From Felis catus (Eukaryota), in assembly GCF_018350175.1 (NCBI RefSeq), contig NC_058368.1, positions 130,388,001 to 130,452,000 on the forward strand: a stretch of DNA of 64,000 nt, in the 5' to 3' direction. Made by a program: the position numbers and the translations under genes. How positions within the stretch are numbered: position 1 is the stretch's first letter; every line of letters begins with the position of its first letter. Below, piece by piece: positions 51,913 through 64,000 of the stretch. The notes beneath the pieces were generated by a model, which did no database searches, was not told the DNA's origin, and saw only the letters and a program-made list of their open reading frames with translations.

Positions 51913-52589
51913 GAAATGTGATTGAGTGGATATAGGTTTAGACAAGTGAACAGGTTTCCCTAGCTAAGGTACAGGTAAAGTTTTAAATTTGGGGGGAATA
52001 AGGTATAAATATCTTCTGCTTCCCCAATCATACCTGACAACTAAATGAGAAAAACCTCAGCAAATCCCCCCTTACACAGTATAATTTTTCCAGCTACGCT
52101 TATCACCCAACAGTCTTTCCAGGCAGAAAGGCATTAAAGAGAGAATCTAGAGGGACTAAGTTGAGCTCCTTCTTTCAACTTACCAACCCATGAAGTCACC
52201 TTTTCCTCCTTGGGAAGGAATGAAGAAGGGCAGGAGAGAGTCAGACTGTTTGCTCCTGGTCAGTAGAGCACAAATCATTTCTGTCTCTGTGGAAATAGAA
52301 TGAGTGAGGATTAAATATTGGCACTAACAGGCTATGTGGCTCATTTTGAGTTTTCACCCAATATTGGCCAACAGCAGGCAAAGAAGCCAAGCCTTTCTGA
52401 ATAGGAGAGTAGTGACACAAAGCTAAGTGGTAGGTTTTGCAGGCCAGGGAAGAGAACAGTAAACAAGAAAAAAATGTCACTCAGGAAACTGTGACTGGAT
52501 AAAAGACATTAGATAAAAAAGTTGGGGAGGTAGATATTCCAAAATGTAGAATCTCTTTCCCCACTCTTTCTGTCATCACTGATATGGCC

Positions 52590-53042
52590 TGGGAACCCTC
52601 TCAGCTTCTGTTAATAGAGTGTTCAAAGCTGTTCCAAATTCTACCTGCTGCTAGTTCCTAACGTCATTGCCACATGTTTTTGGTTTTTGACATGGCAGGA
52701 CTTTACTTCTAGGAACCAATTTCTGTTACAATTACTTATTTCTGTGTAACAAATCACCCTAAATCTTAGTGGCTTAAGATTCAATTTGTGCCTGAGCATG
52801 TGAGTCAGGAATTTGGGAAGGGCTCGACTGGATTTTTCTTCTCCATAATGTGTTGCCTGTGGTCACTTGGTATTCATTTGGTGGCTGGTATTTTCTAGAG
52901 GTTCAAATGGCAGCTGGAAGGCTGAGTGCACCCAAGCGTCTCTTCCTCTCCCTGTAGTTTGAGGGCCTCTCCGTGTGGATCTCCAGCAAGGTTGTTGGAC
53001 GTCTTTTTTTCTTTTTTGTTCAAAGTTTATTTTTATTTATTT

Positions 53043-53077
<35 letters not shown>

Positions 53078-53377
53078 ACGCTTGAACCCATGAACTGTGA
53101 GATCATGACCTGAGCTGAAACCAAAAGTCAGATGCTTACCTACTGAGCCACCAAGGTACCCCCAGTAGTTGAACTTCTTAAATGGTGTCTCAGTGCTCCA
53201 AGACAAGAAGCTTGCACATATTCATTTTGACATTATTCTAATGATCAAAGAAGTTATAACCAGCACAGATTGAAAGGACTGGGGTACAGATACCTGCCCC
53301 CCAACTCCCATATCCACTTCCTCCTCCCTCCATGGGAGGAATAGAAGAGAATCTGTGGCCCACTGTAATCTACTGCA
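52590..53377 (-). mobile_element. MLT1H-like LTR (52724-53377) with adjacent start of internal region, interrupted by a SINE
   Basis: GGAACCAATTTC|TGTTAC LTR-internal junction, GTAACAAATCACCCTAAATCTTAGTGGCTTAA and TAATCTACTGCA end. Confidence 0.75.
53006..53163 (-). mobile_element. Internally deleted CAN-SINE
   Basis: (GA)n joined directly to GCTTGAACCCATGAACTGTGAGATCATG, with degenerate TSD GT(T/A)GTTG(G/A)AC(G/T)TCTT. Confidence 0.9.
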
Positions 53378-54019
53378 TATAGATTATTAAAATGTTCCTT
53401 GTATAATTCCTTAATTTGGATGTTTAAGTTATTTATTTTTTTTCTAGTATAAGAAGCAAAGCTAAGTACCTCTTTTACTTTATTGCAAAATTAGTGTGTT
53501 TTATGGTGTTTTGATATCATTTATCTAATTATCTCATTATTCTAATCTATTTGGCTCAGTAGTTATTTGAAATATGTTTTAAAATTTCCAAAAGGTGAGT
53601 GTTTATTATGCATTTTTTATTGCCCTCTAAATTAATTGTGATGTGATAGAGATTATATACATAACACTGATTATCTGAAATTTTATTGATATTTATTGAG
53701 GTCAGGATTTCCATCGTCAATTTAAAAATTTTCTGAAGTATGTCCGAGAATATGGTTTTTTTCCATGTATAGCAGAATCTCTCTCTCCCCCTCTCTGTAA
53801 TGTATTTTTCATTCATCTATGAAGCAAAATTTTTAGTCTCACCTTGTATTCTACATACTTTTACTTACATAATATCAGGTACAGTAGAAGACTATAATGA
53901 CTATTAAAGAGGTTTGTGATGTACTCACCATAAAATAAGGTGCACACTGCATTTAGTTAATTTACTGAGTGTAATAAAAAAGAAATCGTTTAACTTCTAA
54001 GCTAGATTTGAAAAAGCAA

Positions 54020-54190
54020 AGTGTCAATTACTTAACTTTTTGAAGTCTTTGTTGACTTACTAAAAATAGGAACAATACCTTCCATGTAAGGCTTGTGGTG
54101 AGAAGTAAATGAAACAATGAGAATTAATGAGAATTAGATGAGTCAAGTAGAATGCCTGGTATGTAGAAAGTGTCCAGTGAATTGTCATCT
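54020..54190 (+). mobile_element. MIR
   Basis: TTACTTAACTTTTTGAAGTCT...TAAAAATAGGAACAATACCT...TTGTGGTGAGAAGTAAATGA...GAATGCCTGGTATGTAG. Confidence 0.6.
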
Positions 54191-54579
54191 TTGACCTGGA
54201 CGGAAATAGTATTTTACTGTGAAAATATATCGTACAATTAGTGGGTTTCTTGACATGTCAAATTGAAGAAAAGGCACAGTGTCTGCACTTAAATACATTC
54301 ATCATTTTCACTATGTTCTTCAACAGAGAATCTAGGTCAGGAGGCATGCCGTTGACTGTCTGCCATTCTGTTTGCAGGAAGCACTGTGTGTATTTACATT
54401 TAAGGGCAATATTTCATTTACAGCAGTTTCTCTCCAGGCAGCACATATAGTTCCGTACTCAGTGCTGATGTGTTTCTAGCCTCCATCACAGCTCAGAAAA
54501 TGGTTTTTTGGAATCAAGTCTTTTGTATAATTTGTGCTTTTTAGAGTAAATGTTTTAAGAGGATAACAGAAAAATGATT

Positions 54580-54630
54580 CATATATATATATACATATAT
54601 ATATATGTACACACACACACTGCACATACA
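54580..54630. repeat. (TA)n/(CA)n microsatellite
   Basis: Seen directly. Confidence 0.85.
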
Positions 54631-56123
54631 TCAAGACCAGGTTTATACATTTGTACAATTGTAAAGTCAAGTGTCTGTCACCATCAACAGAGTGGTAGCC
54701 ATTGTTCACTTATACTGAATATTACGCTGTGTTCTATCCAGCACTATTCTTTGAAAACAAACCTACTGCTTTTTCTACTTTACTTTTGCACACAATTGTC
54801 ATCATCAATTCTGCGCTCAGTTTATCGATCTGTTTGGCAATACTATGACTTAAATTTGCATTTTCTAGAAAGAGTACAACTTTGAATGATGCTTCTGTAT
54901 TTTCAGTTTTTCTGTTTGTCATGAAATTGATAAATTTGATACTGGAAAACATTTTGTACTCATTCTGGGAAGATATCAATTTGCTTACTAGTGGGGGTCC
55001 CCTGTTTTGTTGTCAAAGATGCATAACTTTGAATGGCTTCCTAATGCTACTTGATAATGCTTCATACAGACGGTGCCAAATTGAAAATGGGCAAAATTGA
55101 TTACTTATCCAAATAAAATTAGACTTTCTAATAGTCATCATTTTACTTTCTATTTGCACTTTGTTTTTGTGCATTTATGGCTACCTGAGGGAAGTTGCCA
55201 TAATGACAGTTTCACTAATTCTAGTATGATTAGATTAACATTTCCCCCCAAACTGTGGTGATAATACACCGCTTCAATGAATCCCCTTTGAGACCTTGAC
55301 CCAGGTTTGCAAATCTGAGATACACTGTAACATGCTGGTAACAATGAAGCATGCAGATTAAAGCACAAAATAATTAATATTCAACCAAAAGGAAAATAGG
55401 TTTTAAGCAAGATGACCTGGAGATCAGCATATCTTGTAGTACCTGGAAAGCCTGTAGAAATATAAATATTATGAATAACATAATGGGATTTCTGAAAAAA
55501 ATAAATTTTATTTTTGTTTATACTTATGAACAAAAAGTAAAATTCTTACACTCTGCAATAATTATTTTCCCTAACTTATTTATCTTTGTCATTCTGATAG
55601 GTGAAAGATAGCATCTCCTTGTGGAGCTAATTTACACATTCTAAATTATGAGTAAGATTGAATATCTTCTCAAGTATTCAGACCCATTTCTATTTCCATT
55701 TCTGTGATCTACTTGAACTATTTTTGTTTTTTTGTACTGGGTTTTGGTCTTTTCTTAAGAGTTTTAAGGCAACCTGCCCTTTGTCTATAATCTGTTTTGG
55801 AAGTAACTTTTCCCAGTTTTCAATTTGGTTTTGGGGTCATTTTAATTGTATATCTTCCACCGCATAAATATTAAACCAGTCTACCTCCAGTTGAACTTTC
55901 TAAAGGAGCCGTGACCCTGAAAGCTCACAGATAATACCTGGAAGAATTACCTTTGTGCTCTTGTCAGAAGGAGAGGAGAGAGTTTGAAGAAGACCCAGGG
56001 GGCACTAACATCTATGCTTGTAGAGCTTTTGCCATATTTTGAATAAGTTAAAATATGAGTTCCCCAAACTGGGCTTCCTGACTTAAAGAGTACCTCCTGC
56101 TTTGGGTTCTCGACACATGACTC

Positions 56124-56558
56124 TGTGGCGGACGTGGCTGTTTCTCCACCAAACACTGATGCTCTCATTCCATAACGCGGAGTTGTTGCTGGGTGGCCAC
56201 TGCCTGGCCAGGAACTACATTTGCAAACCCTCCCTCTTCTTCCTCCTAATAACGAGGTTATGTCATGTGACTGCTTCATGCAAATGTAATCTGAGTTGAA
56301 TTACTCCGTTACTTAAGGCCAAAAGCTTAAGAAGTAAGCGCAGCTTTTCCATTCTCACTCCTCTACTGGATGGACTCTTGCATAAAGCAACTTTCAAAAT
56401 CAAGTGTAGAGCGAAGTCAAACATCTGTAGGACTGAGTCCCTGGGTAGCAGAGCTTGCCCTCTTCTCAAGCCTTGTCTTCTGCCATATGAACTTTATGTG
56501 AAAAAATAAATAAATATTTGAAATGCTAAGTCACTGAAATTCTAGGATGTTCACTACA
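56124..56558 (+). mobile_element. MaLR LTR (MLT1I/J-like)
   Basis: TGTGGC start, ACTACATTT, GTCATGTGACT, CTGAGTCCCTG and AAATAAA...CTAAGTCACTGAAATT. Confidence 0.7.
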
Positions 56559-56654
56559 ATGTTTCCCCCCCCAACCCCGAGTATGTAGGAAGTCTGAATT
56601 TCTGAACCCTCCATGTAATTAGATTGAGAGCCTCTGATTGAATTCTCATCAAGG

Positions 56655-57110
56655 AGTTTTCTTTTTGATTCACTCTGACAATCTCTGTCTTTTACATGGC
56701 ACATTTAGATCACTGACTTTTGAAGTGATTATTGATGTCATTGAGTAAATATCTGCCATGTTCATTATTGTTTGCTATGTGCTGTCTTACTCTTTGTTCC
56801 CATTTTGTTTTTCACTCTTTCCCCTTTTTTTGTGGTTTTAATTATTTTATATGATTCCATTTTCTCTCCTCTGTTAATATATATTTCCTTTTTTTTTAAC
56901 TTTTCATAATGGTTCTCCTAGAGTCTGCAATATTCATTTATAGCTAATTCAAATGTACTTTCCCATAACACTATACCACCTCCATGGGTAGCATGAGTAC
57001 CTTATAATAAAAAAAAAATTCTATTCCTAATCCCTCACTTACATCCCAGTACATGCCTGTCATTCATTTTCTTTATATATAAGCATACATAATTGTATTA
57101 TGTATATGTT
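56655..57110 (-). mobile_element. Old L1 internal fragment
   Basis: CACTCTGACAATCTCTGTCTTTTA...AAGTGATTATTGAT motif of antisense L1M. Confidence 0.65.
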
Positions 57111-57114
57111 TATC

Positions 57115-57584
57115 ATTAACTATTAGGCAAATGCAATAGATGTCCCTACACACCTATTAGAATAGCTAAAATTAGAAAAAAATGTGACAGTACCAAATTG
57201 TGGCAAAGATGTGGAAAAACTGCACTTCTCATACATTGCTGATAGGAATATGATATAGTATAGTCACTCTGAAAAATAGTTCAGTAGTTGCAAAAAAAAA
57301 ACCCCTAAACATACATATATTACCAGGAGACTCAGCAATCATAATTCTGGGCATTTATATCAGATACATGAAAACTTACAGCCACATAAAAACCTGAACA
57401 TGATAGTTCACAGTGGCTTCATTTATCATAGCTCCAAACTGAAAACAACAAAAATGTTTTGTGACGGGTGAGTGAGTAAACAAACCGTGATAGATCCTTG
57501 AATACTTCTCAGCAGTACAAAGGAACAAACTGTTGATTTCCGGAAGAACTTCAGTGGATTTGAAAGGCTTTATACTTAGTGACA
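57115..57584 (+). mobile_element. Old L1 (L1MD-like) ORF2 end
   Basis: ACACACCTATTAGAATAGCTAAAAT, TCTCATACATTGCTG, ATAGCTCCAAACTGAAAACAAC. Confidence 0.8.
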
Positions 57585-59000
57585 TCAGTGACCATGGTGA
57601 AGTAGATAGCTCCAAGGGCCCATGTCTCCACAGAAACAACAAATAATTGAGCAAATACTATTAGAATCAATTTTGTTGGAATCCTGGGAAATAGTGAAAG
57701 CAACCAAACACTGGATCAAATAAAAGGAGTCTTAAAAATGATAGGAAAGGTCTGCAGCATTTTATTTATCCTGTTCCACTCCTGTTCCTGGCCCGGTGAT
57801 GGTCTCAAAGACAGCAATATCCATTCCCAGTGTGGGACTTTAGTTTCTAGTTCCGGAGGGAGCACGGCTGAATTTACAAACAGTTGTGTTTGTTCTAACC
57901 TGTCTGAGGGCTACTTGAAGGATTGACACAAAGTGCTGGTCTTTGTTTTGCCTAACTTGGAACCCACTGAGGGCAGAAAAGTTCTTGGCATTCTTCAAAA
58001 ACTAGGAGGTAAATGAGCAGTCAGCAGCCACCTAGGGCAAACAATTAAATTGAGGCCTACAGGAAAGTACTGAGAGCCTGGGAAGAAAAGCTAGAAGAGG
58101 GTTTCCGTGGGACACTAAAACATTCAAAAGCATAGGGGATACAGTCAAGGCTTTGTAATGGCGTCGTATAGTGACAGACGGTTGCTACGCTTGTGTGATC
58201 AGTCATGAGCAGGGCAGAACACATGCCCGAAAAAGACAGAAGATTTTTAAGCTTTTACCTCTGACTGATCTCTAGGCTTAGTGCAACCAGAAAGTGAAGG
58301 CTAAGGCAGGGTTTGAAATAGCCTGTCTAGGGGCGCCTGGGTGGCGCAGTCGGTTAAGCGTCCGACTTCAGCCAGGTCACGATCTTGCGGTCCGTGAGTT
58401 GGAGCCCCGCGTCGGGCTCTGGGCTGATGGCTCAGAGCCTGGAGCCTGTTTCCGATTCTGTGTCTCCCTCCCTCTCTCTCTGCCCCTCCCCCATTCATGC
58501 TCTGCCTCTCTCTGTCCCCCCCCCAAAAAAACAAAAAAAAAAAAACATTGAAAAAAAAAAAAAAGAAATAGCCTGTCTAATCCCTGAAGGAGTGCTCCAG
58601 CACAGTTCATTCGCAAAAGCAATGAGAGGGTTTCTTTCTCTTCTTTTTCTTTCTTTTTTTTTTTTTACTACTACTACTGCTTCTCCTCCTCCCTCTTCTT
58701 CCTTCTTTTCTTTCTCTTCCCCCTTCCCCCATCCCCCACCCTGTCTCTGTCAACTGCTTCCTGGCATTCAAGGATATCTATGAAAACACTAGCTGAACTC
58801 AAGCTAAACGAACAAATTCTTTCAGAGGCCACATGTGACAAAAATACACTTAGCAAACACAGTTTAGAAAAGTCACTGCACAAAGTACGTATTATTTAGC
58901 TACAATCTTCATCAAACTACATAAACAGACTCAAAGGAGGGGTAAGAGTCTGATTTGCAGAGTCATCACATTATGATATCCCAAATGTCCAGTTTTCATT
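57585..59000 (+). mobile_element. Old L1 5' region (L1MD/L1M4-like), interrupted by a SINE
   Basis: AGCTCCAAGGGCCCATGTCTCCACAGAAACAAC start and TCTGATTTGCAGAGTCATCACATTAT...AAATGTCCAGTTTTCA. Confidence 0.6.
58330..58564 (+). mobile_element. Young felid CAN-SINE
   Basis: Full body with TSD GAAATAGCCTGTCTA. Confidence 0.97.
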
Positions 59001-59089
59001 ATGAGCATTATACTGACAGAAAAATTCTTAAAAAGTCATGTGATGTATGATTCCATTTATTTAACATAAATGGAGAACAAGTTATCTTT

Positions 59090-59316
59090 CTTCCTTCCTT
59101 CCTTCCTTCCTTCCTTAATGTTTATTTTTGAAGTAGAGAGAGAGAGACAGAGTATGAGTCGGGGGAGGGGCAGAGAGAGGGAGACAGAATCTGAAGCAGG
59201 CTCCAGGCTCTTAGCTGTCAGCACAGAGCCCGATGTGGGGCTCGAACTCACAAACCGTGAGATCATGACCTGAGCCGAAGTCAGACGCTTAACTGACTGA
59301 GCCACCCAGGCGCCCC
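59090..59316 (-). mobile_element. CAN-SINE with (GGAA)n-converted tail
   Basis: Full body, (TTCC)n at 59091-59115, TSD TTAT(C/G)TTTCTT. Confidence 0.96.
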
Positions 59317-61423
59317 TGATTATGTTTCTTGACATAGAAATATATATACCAATATATATACCCATATCAGTTTCTTTGCTTTGATATTGAACTCTTATTT
59401 TATAAGGGGTGATCATTGAGACAAAGAATGCATAGGACCTGTTCTTGCTTATAACTTTCTGTGAAGCTATAATTAGTTCAAATAATAACTGAAAAAAATA
59501 GAAACTTAAAATGTTAAATTTTGTAATTAGATATTGATAAGTAGCAGGAAAACTATTATAGGCATTCCCTCCCGAGTTTTATATTTTCTATTAATAAGTA
59601 TGATGCTTATTGTAGGTATCTAATAGATTCCCATTATGTTAAAAATTTTCTTCTGTTCTTGATTACATTTGATTTGGTACACTATATAATCCCATCTTTT
59701 AAAATTTGTTATGTTAATGTTGCATTGTGGTCCACTGGGTGTACTATGATTTTTAAATTCTAAATTTCCTAAATAGGTTTGCTAATTATAGTTTAAGGTA
59801 TAGGTGTCCATTTGTATTATTTTTCATAGGTAGAGACACATGGAAGAATAGATTCACACTAGAATAGGCAAATGAATATCACTACTTCACAGAACATGAT
59901 TTATTTCCAAACTGTCAAGGAAATTCATATTGGTGCCTTGTGACTCTAACCACGTTTCTTTTGTGTAAATCACATTAACTCTTCCAGTATCTTCTGTGAA
60001 ATGGGAATTTGTTTTCCTAAGTCTTCAACCTGATTTTGTTGCTAATTTACACAGGTTAATAATTTGAGATCCTGATTTTCCCATCTATAAAATGGGGGAG
60101 GGGGGGCAATTTTCTCTTACTTTGACCATCTCATAGGGCTATTGGAAAAATTAAGTTATATTAGTAAGGAAAGGTTAGTTACTTATAAATAAAATGTATA
60201 AGAATCCATCTGCATTTGATAGATTTTTCAGAGAATGACTGTTAATTCTGGTTTATCATTGCTTTTATGGCTGACGATACACAGGCTTTGATGCTTCATG
60301 TTCCCTCACTGATAAATAGGCATAAATGGAGAATATTTACTTAATTTAAATATATATTTGTGTCTCCATTGTTGCCTTTCTGATATTCTCTCTTAGGCTG
60401 CCTTGCCTTTTCCCTCCAAATGTTCTCTCAGAACCTTTTTGCCTGCAAACATTTTTTCAGGGATGAGTCCCAAGTTAGCTTGTCTGTGATAGTCAGGTGA
60501 TCTGATTGCAGACTTCGCTAAGTCTTACACAGGTATTATCTTCTATGATTAGCTTTCTTCTTCTTAGTGTTGACAGTCTGCTCTGCCTGAACAGTCGTGT
60601 GAGTTGGCTTCTCAAACTCAGATAGTTAGCGTTGCTCTAAAACTGAGTTTTTTGACACTTATATTGATAGCTATAAAATTTGACTTTCTTTGATACTACC
60701 TGGGTTTATATAGTGTGAGGAAGCCTCTGACCAGGGGAAATTATTACTCTGTTAACATTATCTCTTAAATACTAGTGGCTCAGCACAGATTGTAAATTTC
60801 CTTTTAGATCTGCGGGATACTCACAGGTTACAATGTACTCCTTTGTCCTGTCCATCTGTCTCCTGGAAAGTCAAAAAAGAAAAATCACAATAATCTAAGC
60901 TTTCTGTGAGATTTTATACTTCTACTGAGAAAAATGCATGCTTCCCTTTATTTCATCGTGGTGTTCAGAATATTGGTCTGCTAACAACTTGTCCTCTGCC
61001 TATTATTTCCTTGCCTGTCCAAGGACTTGACTCACCCAAGCCCCATGGGTAGCATTTTCCTCTGATTCATCTAACTGAAGGACAGAGAGGTCAAGGATTG
61101 GTGCCAAGCTAGTGGCCCAGCTAAACCATTTGAATAATTATTTGAATCACATTAGAAAAAGATCTGAAGTCAATTTCTGATGAATAGCCACCATATGTAA
61201 CTTAAAAAAACCATAAATTCAGAAGAAAAATGAGAAAGAAAAAAATTTGTTTATCTCTGTTGTAACTTACCAAGTTTTCCTTCTGTCAAACCTAGGGAGA
61301 ACAATGAAAGGTACTTGTTCTTAAGTATGGAACGCTCAGAAAGAAACTGTATCTGAATGGCCAAATTTTTTAAATTATTTTTATAAGATACTGTTTTTAC
61401 AAGAGTAAGATCTGATTATTGCA

Positions 61424-61552
61424 GAGGCACCTGGGTGACTCAGTCGGTTAAGCATCCGATTCTTGATTTTTGGCTCAGGTCATGATCTCACAGTTTCATG
61501 GGTTTGAACTCCGGGTCAGGCTCTGTGCTGACAGTGTGGAGCCTGCATGGGA

Positions 61553-61628
<76 letters not shown>

Positions 61629-61701
61629 TTCTCTCTCTGCCCCTTCCCCCCTCATTCTGTCCCTGTCTCTCTCAAAATAAATAAATAAAACTTAAAAAAA
61701 T
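61424..61701 (+). mobile_element. CAN-SINE with long (CT)n
   Basis: Full body with TSD AGATCTGATTATTGCA. Confidence 0.96.
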
Positions 61702-62229
61702 AGATCTGATTATTGCAATTAATACTCTAGTAATATCCTGTTAGTAAATGTGCTAATCTGTATAATAGGAAGGTTTTTGGTTTTGAAAACAATACATTTA
61801 TTTCTTGTGAATTCAAATGCTAAAAAGACATAAAGACATACGTATAAGAACTATGAATGATATTTTGCCATCTGTTAGGATTCACACTCCTGGGTTGCAT
61901 CTGAAGATGAGGAAGATATGGGAATGTCTGTCTGATCACTTTTCATTCACACTTTGTCTCTCCTGATTCCCATTATTTGGCCCAGTCTTTCTCTTGAAGT
62001 TTGATGTTAGAAAACTCTAGAGGTTATAATGGGGCAGGTTAAGGTGAATTATACCTTTGAGAAATGATTATGAGTGGCTGGTGATTTGAAGGTACAGGTG
62101 CCTAATGAAAAGGCCTTACACAGGGGTGTTGATGTCCACACGACAGACTCATACAGCTTCAGGCTGTGACCTGTATGGATAGGGTGAGGCATGTGACCTC
62201 AAGACTATTGGGAAACACCATCATGGCTC

Positions 62230-62411
62230 TTTTTCTTTCTTTTCTTTTTTCGTTTTTAAGTTTATTTATTTTGAGAGAGGGAGAGAGAATCCCAAGCAGG
62301 CTCCATGCTGTCCTCACAGAGCCTGACACGATCTCAATCCCATGAACTATGAGGTAATCACCTGAGCCAAAATAGTCATTTCCTTAACCTACTAAGCCAC
62401 CCAGGTACCCC
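62230..62411 (-). mobile_element. Older CAN-SINE
   Basis: Body with TSD ATCATGGCTC. Confidence 0.93.
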
Positions 62412-63040
62412 ATCATGGCTCATTTTCATTCTCCTTCCTTTTAGAGCTCTTTCCTGATCTTTCAGAGCATCCCCTTCTTTATGAAAAGATTCCTTTCCAA
62501 TATAATATATTGATAACACCAGTGGGTTGTGGATGCTCAGAAAGTTGTTCATTTAATTTTTGTTGATACTGACCTTGTTCCATGAATGTACTTAGCAAAT
62601 TCCTTGCAGTAATTGGTGTTTAAAGCAGACTCTCCTCACTTCATATCCACCATAAGACCTCCTAGTATGACCTTGAATCATTTGATCCTTATGCTTCAAC
62701 CCTATTAGACTGTTTTTTACCTTTACTTTTATTTCTTTTGCAACTCCCAACCTCCTTCCTCCTTGCTTGCTTTGCTATGCATTTAAAAATATTTTTTCCT
62801 GTTATTCAAGTATATTTATTCCCCCCCTTTCTTCTTTTTTCACATCTTAGATGCAAGAATTTGTAAAAATACCAAGAAAAATTTTTTTCTCTCCTATGTA
62901 AGAGAGAAACTCACATTGTAAAAGAAAAATGCTGTTGTGCATGCTGGTCAAATCAGATTCTCATTACAAGAGAGGAATGAATGTTTAGGAAAGAGAAAGT
63001 AATTCCCATGTGTGGGAAAATGTGTGTCATGGAAAGGCAA

Positions 63041-63345
63041 TGTGCTAGTTTCCTGAGGCTGCCATAACAAAGTACCAAGATTGGGTGGCTTAAACACAGA
63101 TATTTATTTTCTCACAGTTCTGATGTTAGAAGTCTGACTTTAAGGTGTCCATAGGGTTGGTTTCTTCAGAAATTTCTCTAGTTGGCCTGCAGATGACCAT
63201 CCTGTCCTCCCTGTGTCTTCATGTAGTTCCTCTGTGTGGATCTGTTTACTAATTTCTACTTTCTATAAGGATAAAAGTCCTATTGGACTAGTGTCCACCC
63301 CAATTAACTCATTTAACCTTCATGGCTTGCTTGCTTTCTTTATTT

Positions 63346-63396
<51 letters not shown>

Positions 63397-63678
63397 GAGA
63401 GGGCACAAGTCATGGAGAGAGTGAGAGAGAGAAAGAGAGGGAGAGTGAGAGAGGAGAATCCCAAGCAGGCTCCACACCCAATGGAGCTGGATCCCACAAC
63501 CCGGGATCATGACCTAAGCTGAAGTCAAGAGCCGGATGCTCAACTGACTGAGCCACCCAGGTACCCCTAATGATCTCTTTAAAGACCCTAACGCCAGATA
63601 CAGTCACATTCTGAAGTACTGGGTATTAGGACTGCAACATAGGAATTTCTGGGGGTGACACAATTCAGTCCATTATGA
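63041..63678 (-). mobile_element. MLT1B-like solo LTR, interrupted by a SINE
   Basis: TGTGCTAGTTTCCTGAGGCTGCCATAACAAAGTACC...CTCACAGTTCTG...CTCTTTAAAGACCCTA...ACACAATTCAGTCCAT. Confidence 0.85.
63335..63567 (-). mobile_element. CAN-SINE with (CT)n in the tail region
   Basis: GAGAATCCCAAGCAGGCTCC...GAGCCACCCAGGTACCCC. Confidence 0.93.
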
Positions 63679-64000
63679 GTCTCAACAAAAATAAAATTTT
63701 TTCGGTGTATGAAATGCGTTATCCACTTTTCCCCAAAGCACATATATGAAGTCATATACACTTATACATTAAATTTTAAAGTTATTTTGTCAGGGCTATG
63801 AGTTTTCAAAGGTTAGCAAGCAGTGTGGGGTGGTAGGTATAAAGATAGTGTTGGGGGGAAGCAGGGATAGGGAATGGAAACATGATTTTGGTGATTTCTC
63901 TGAGAAATACGGTTGTATCAGGAGTCTGACTGAGCGGAACAAAAACATTGGCAAAATGATTTCTGAACATGACTATGACTGCCAACATTGATTTGGCACT

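Overview
Mammalian nuclear DNA, AT-rich and repeat-dense. It is almost certainly a felid (cat-like), judged from the CAN-SINE subfamily GGGGCGCCTGGGTGGCGCAGTCGGTTAAGCGTCCGACTTCAGCCAGGTCACG and cat-type L1 3' ends. I recognise no intact protein-coding exon, RNA gene or novel multi-gene system, and most of the ORF track is SINE/L1 read-through or chance. The window holds about 28 CAN-SINEs (23 on the minus strand), several young and old L1 fragments, MaLR/ERVL LTRs, L2/MIR and DNA-transposon relics, and microsatellites. It also holds a decayed mitochondrial insertion (NUMT, about 40663-42399: 5' half of tRNA-Tyr plus about 95% of COX1) interrupted by a SINE. The most interesting signals are repair or replication scars: an ~80-bp inverted copy of 27126-27207 pasted into an old L1 at 30078-30160, a template-switch hairpin inside the NUMT, a captured L1 fragment, and three SINEs stacked at one target site. 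The SINE strand bias suggests the window may be an intron of a plus-strand gene (inference). Repeat family names come from recalled consensus motifs, not a database search. Boundaries of old repeats are approximate.
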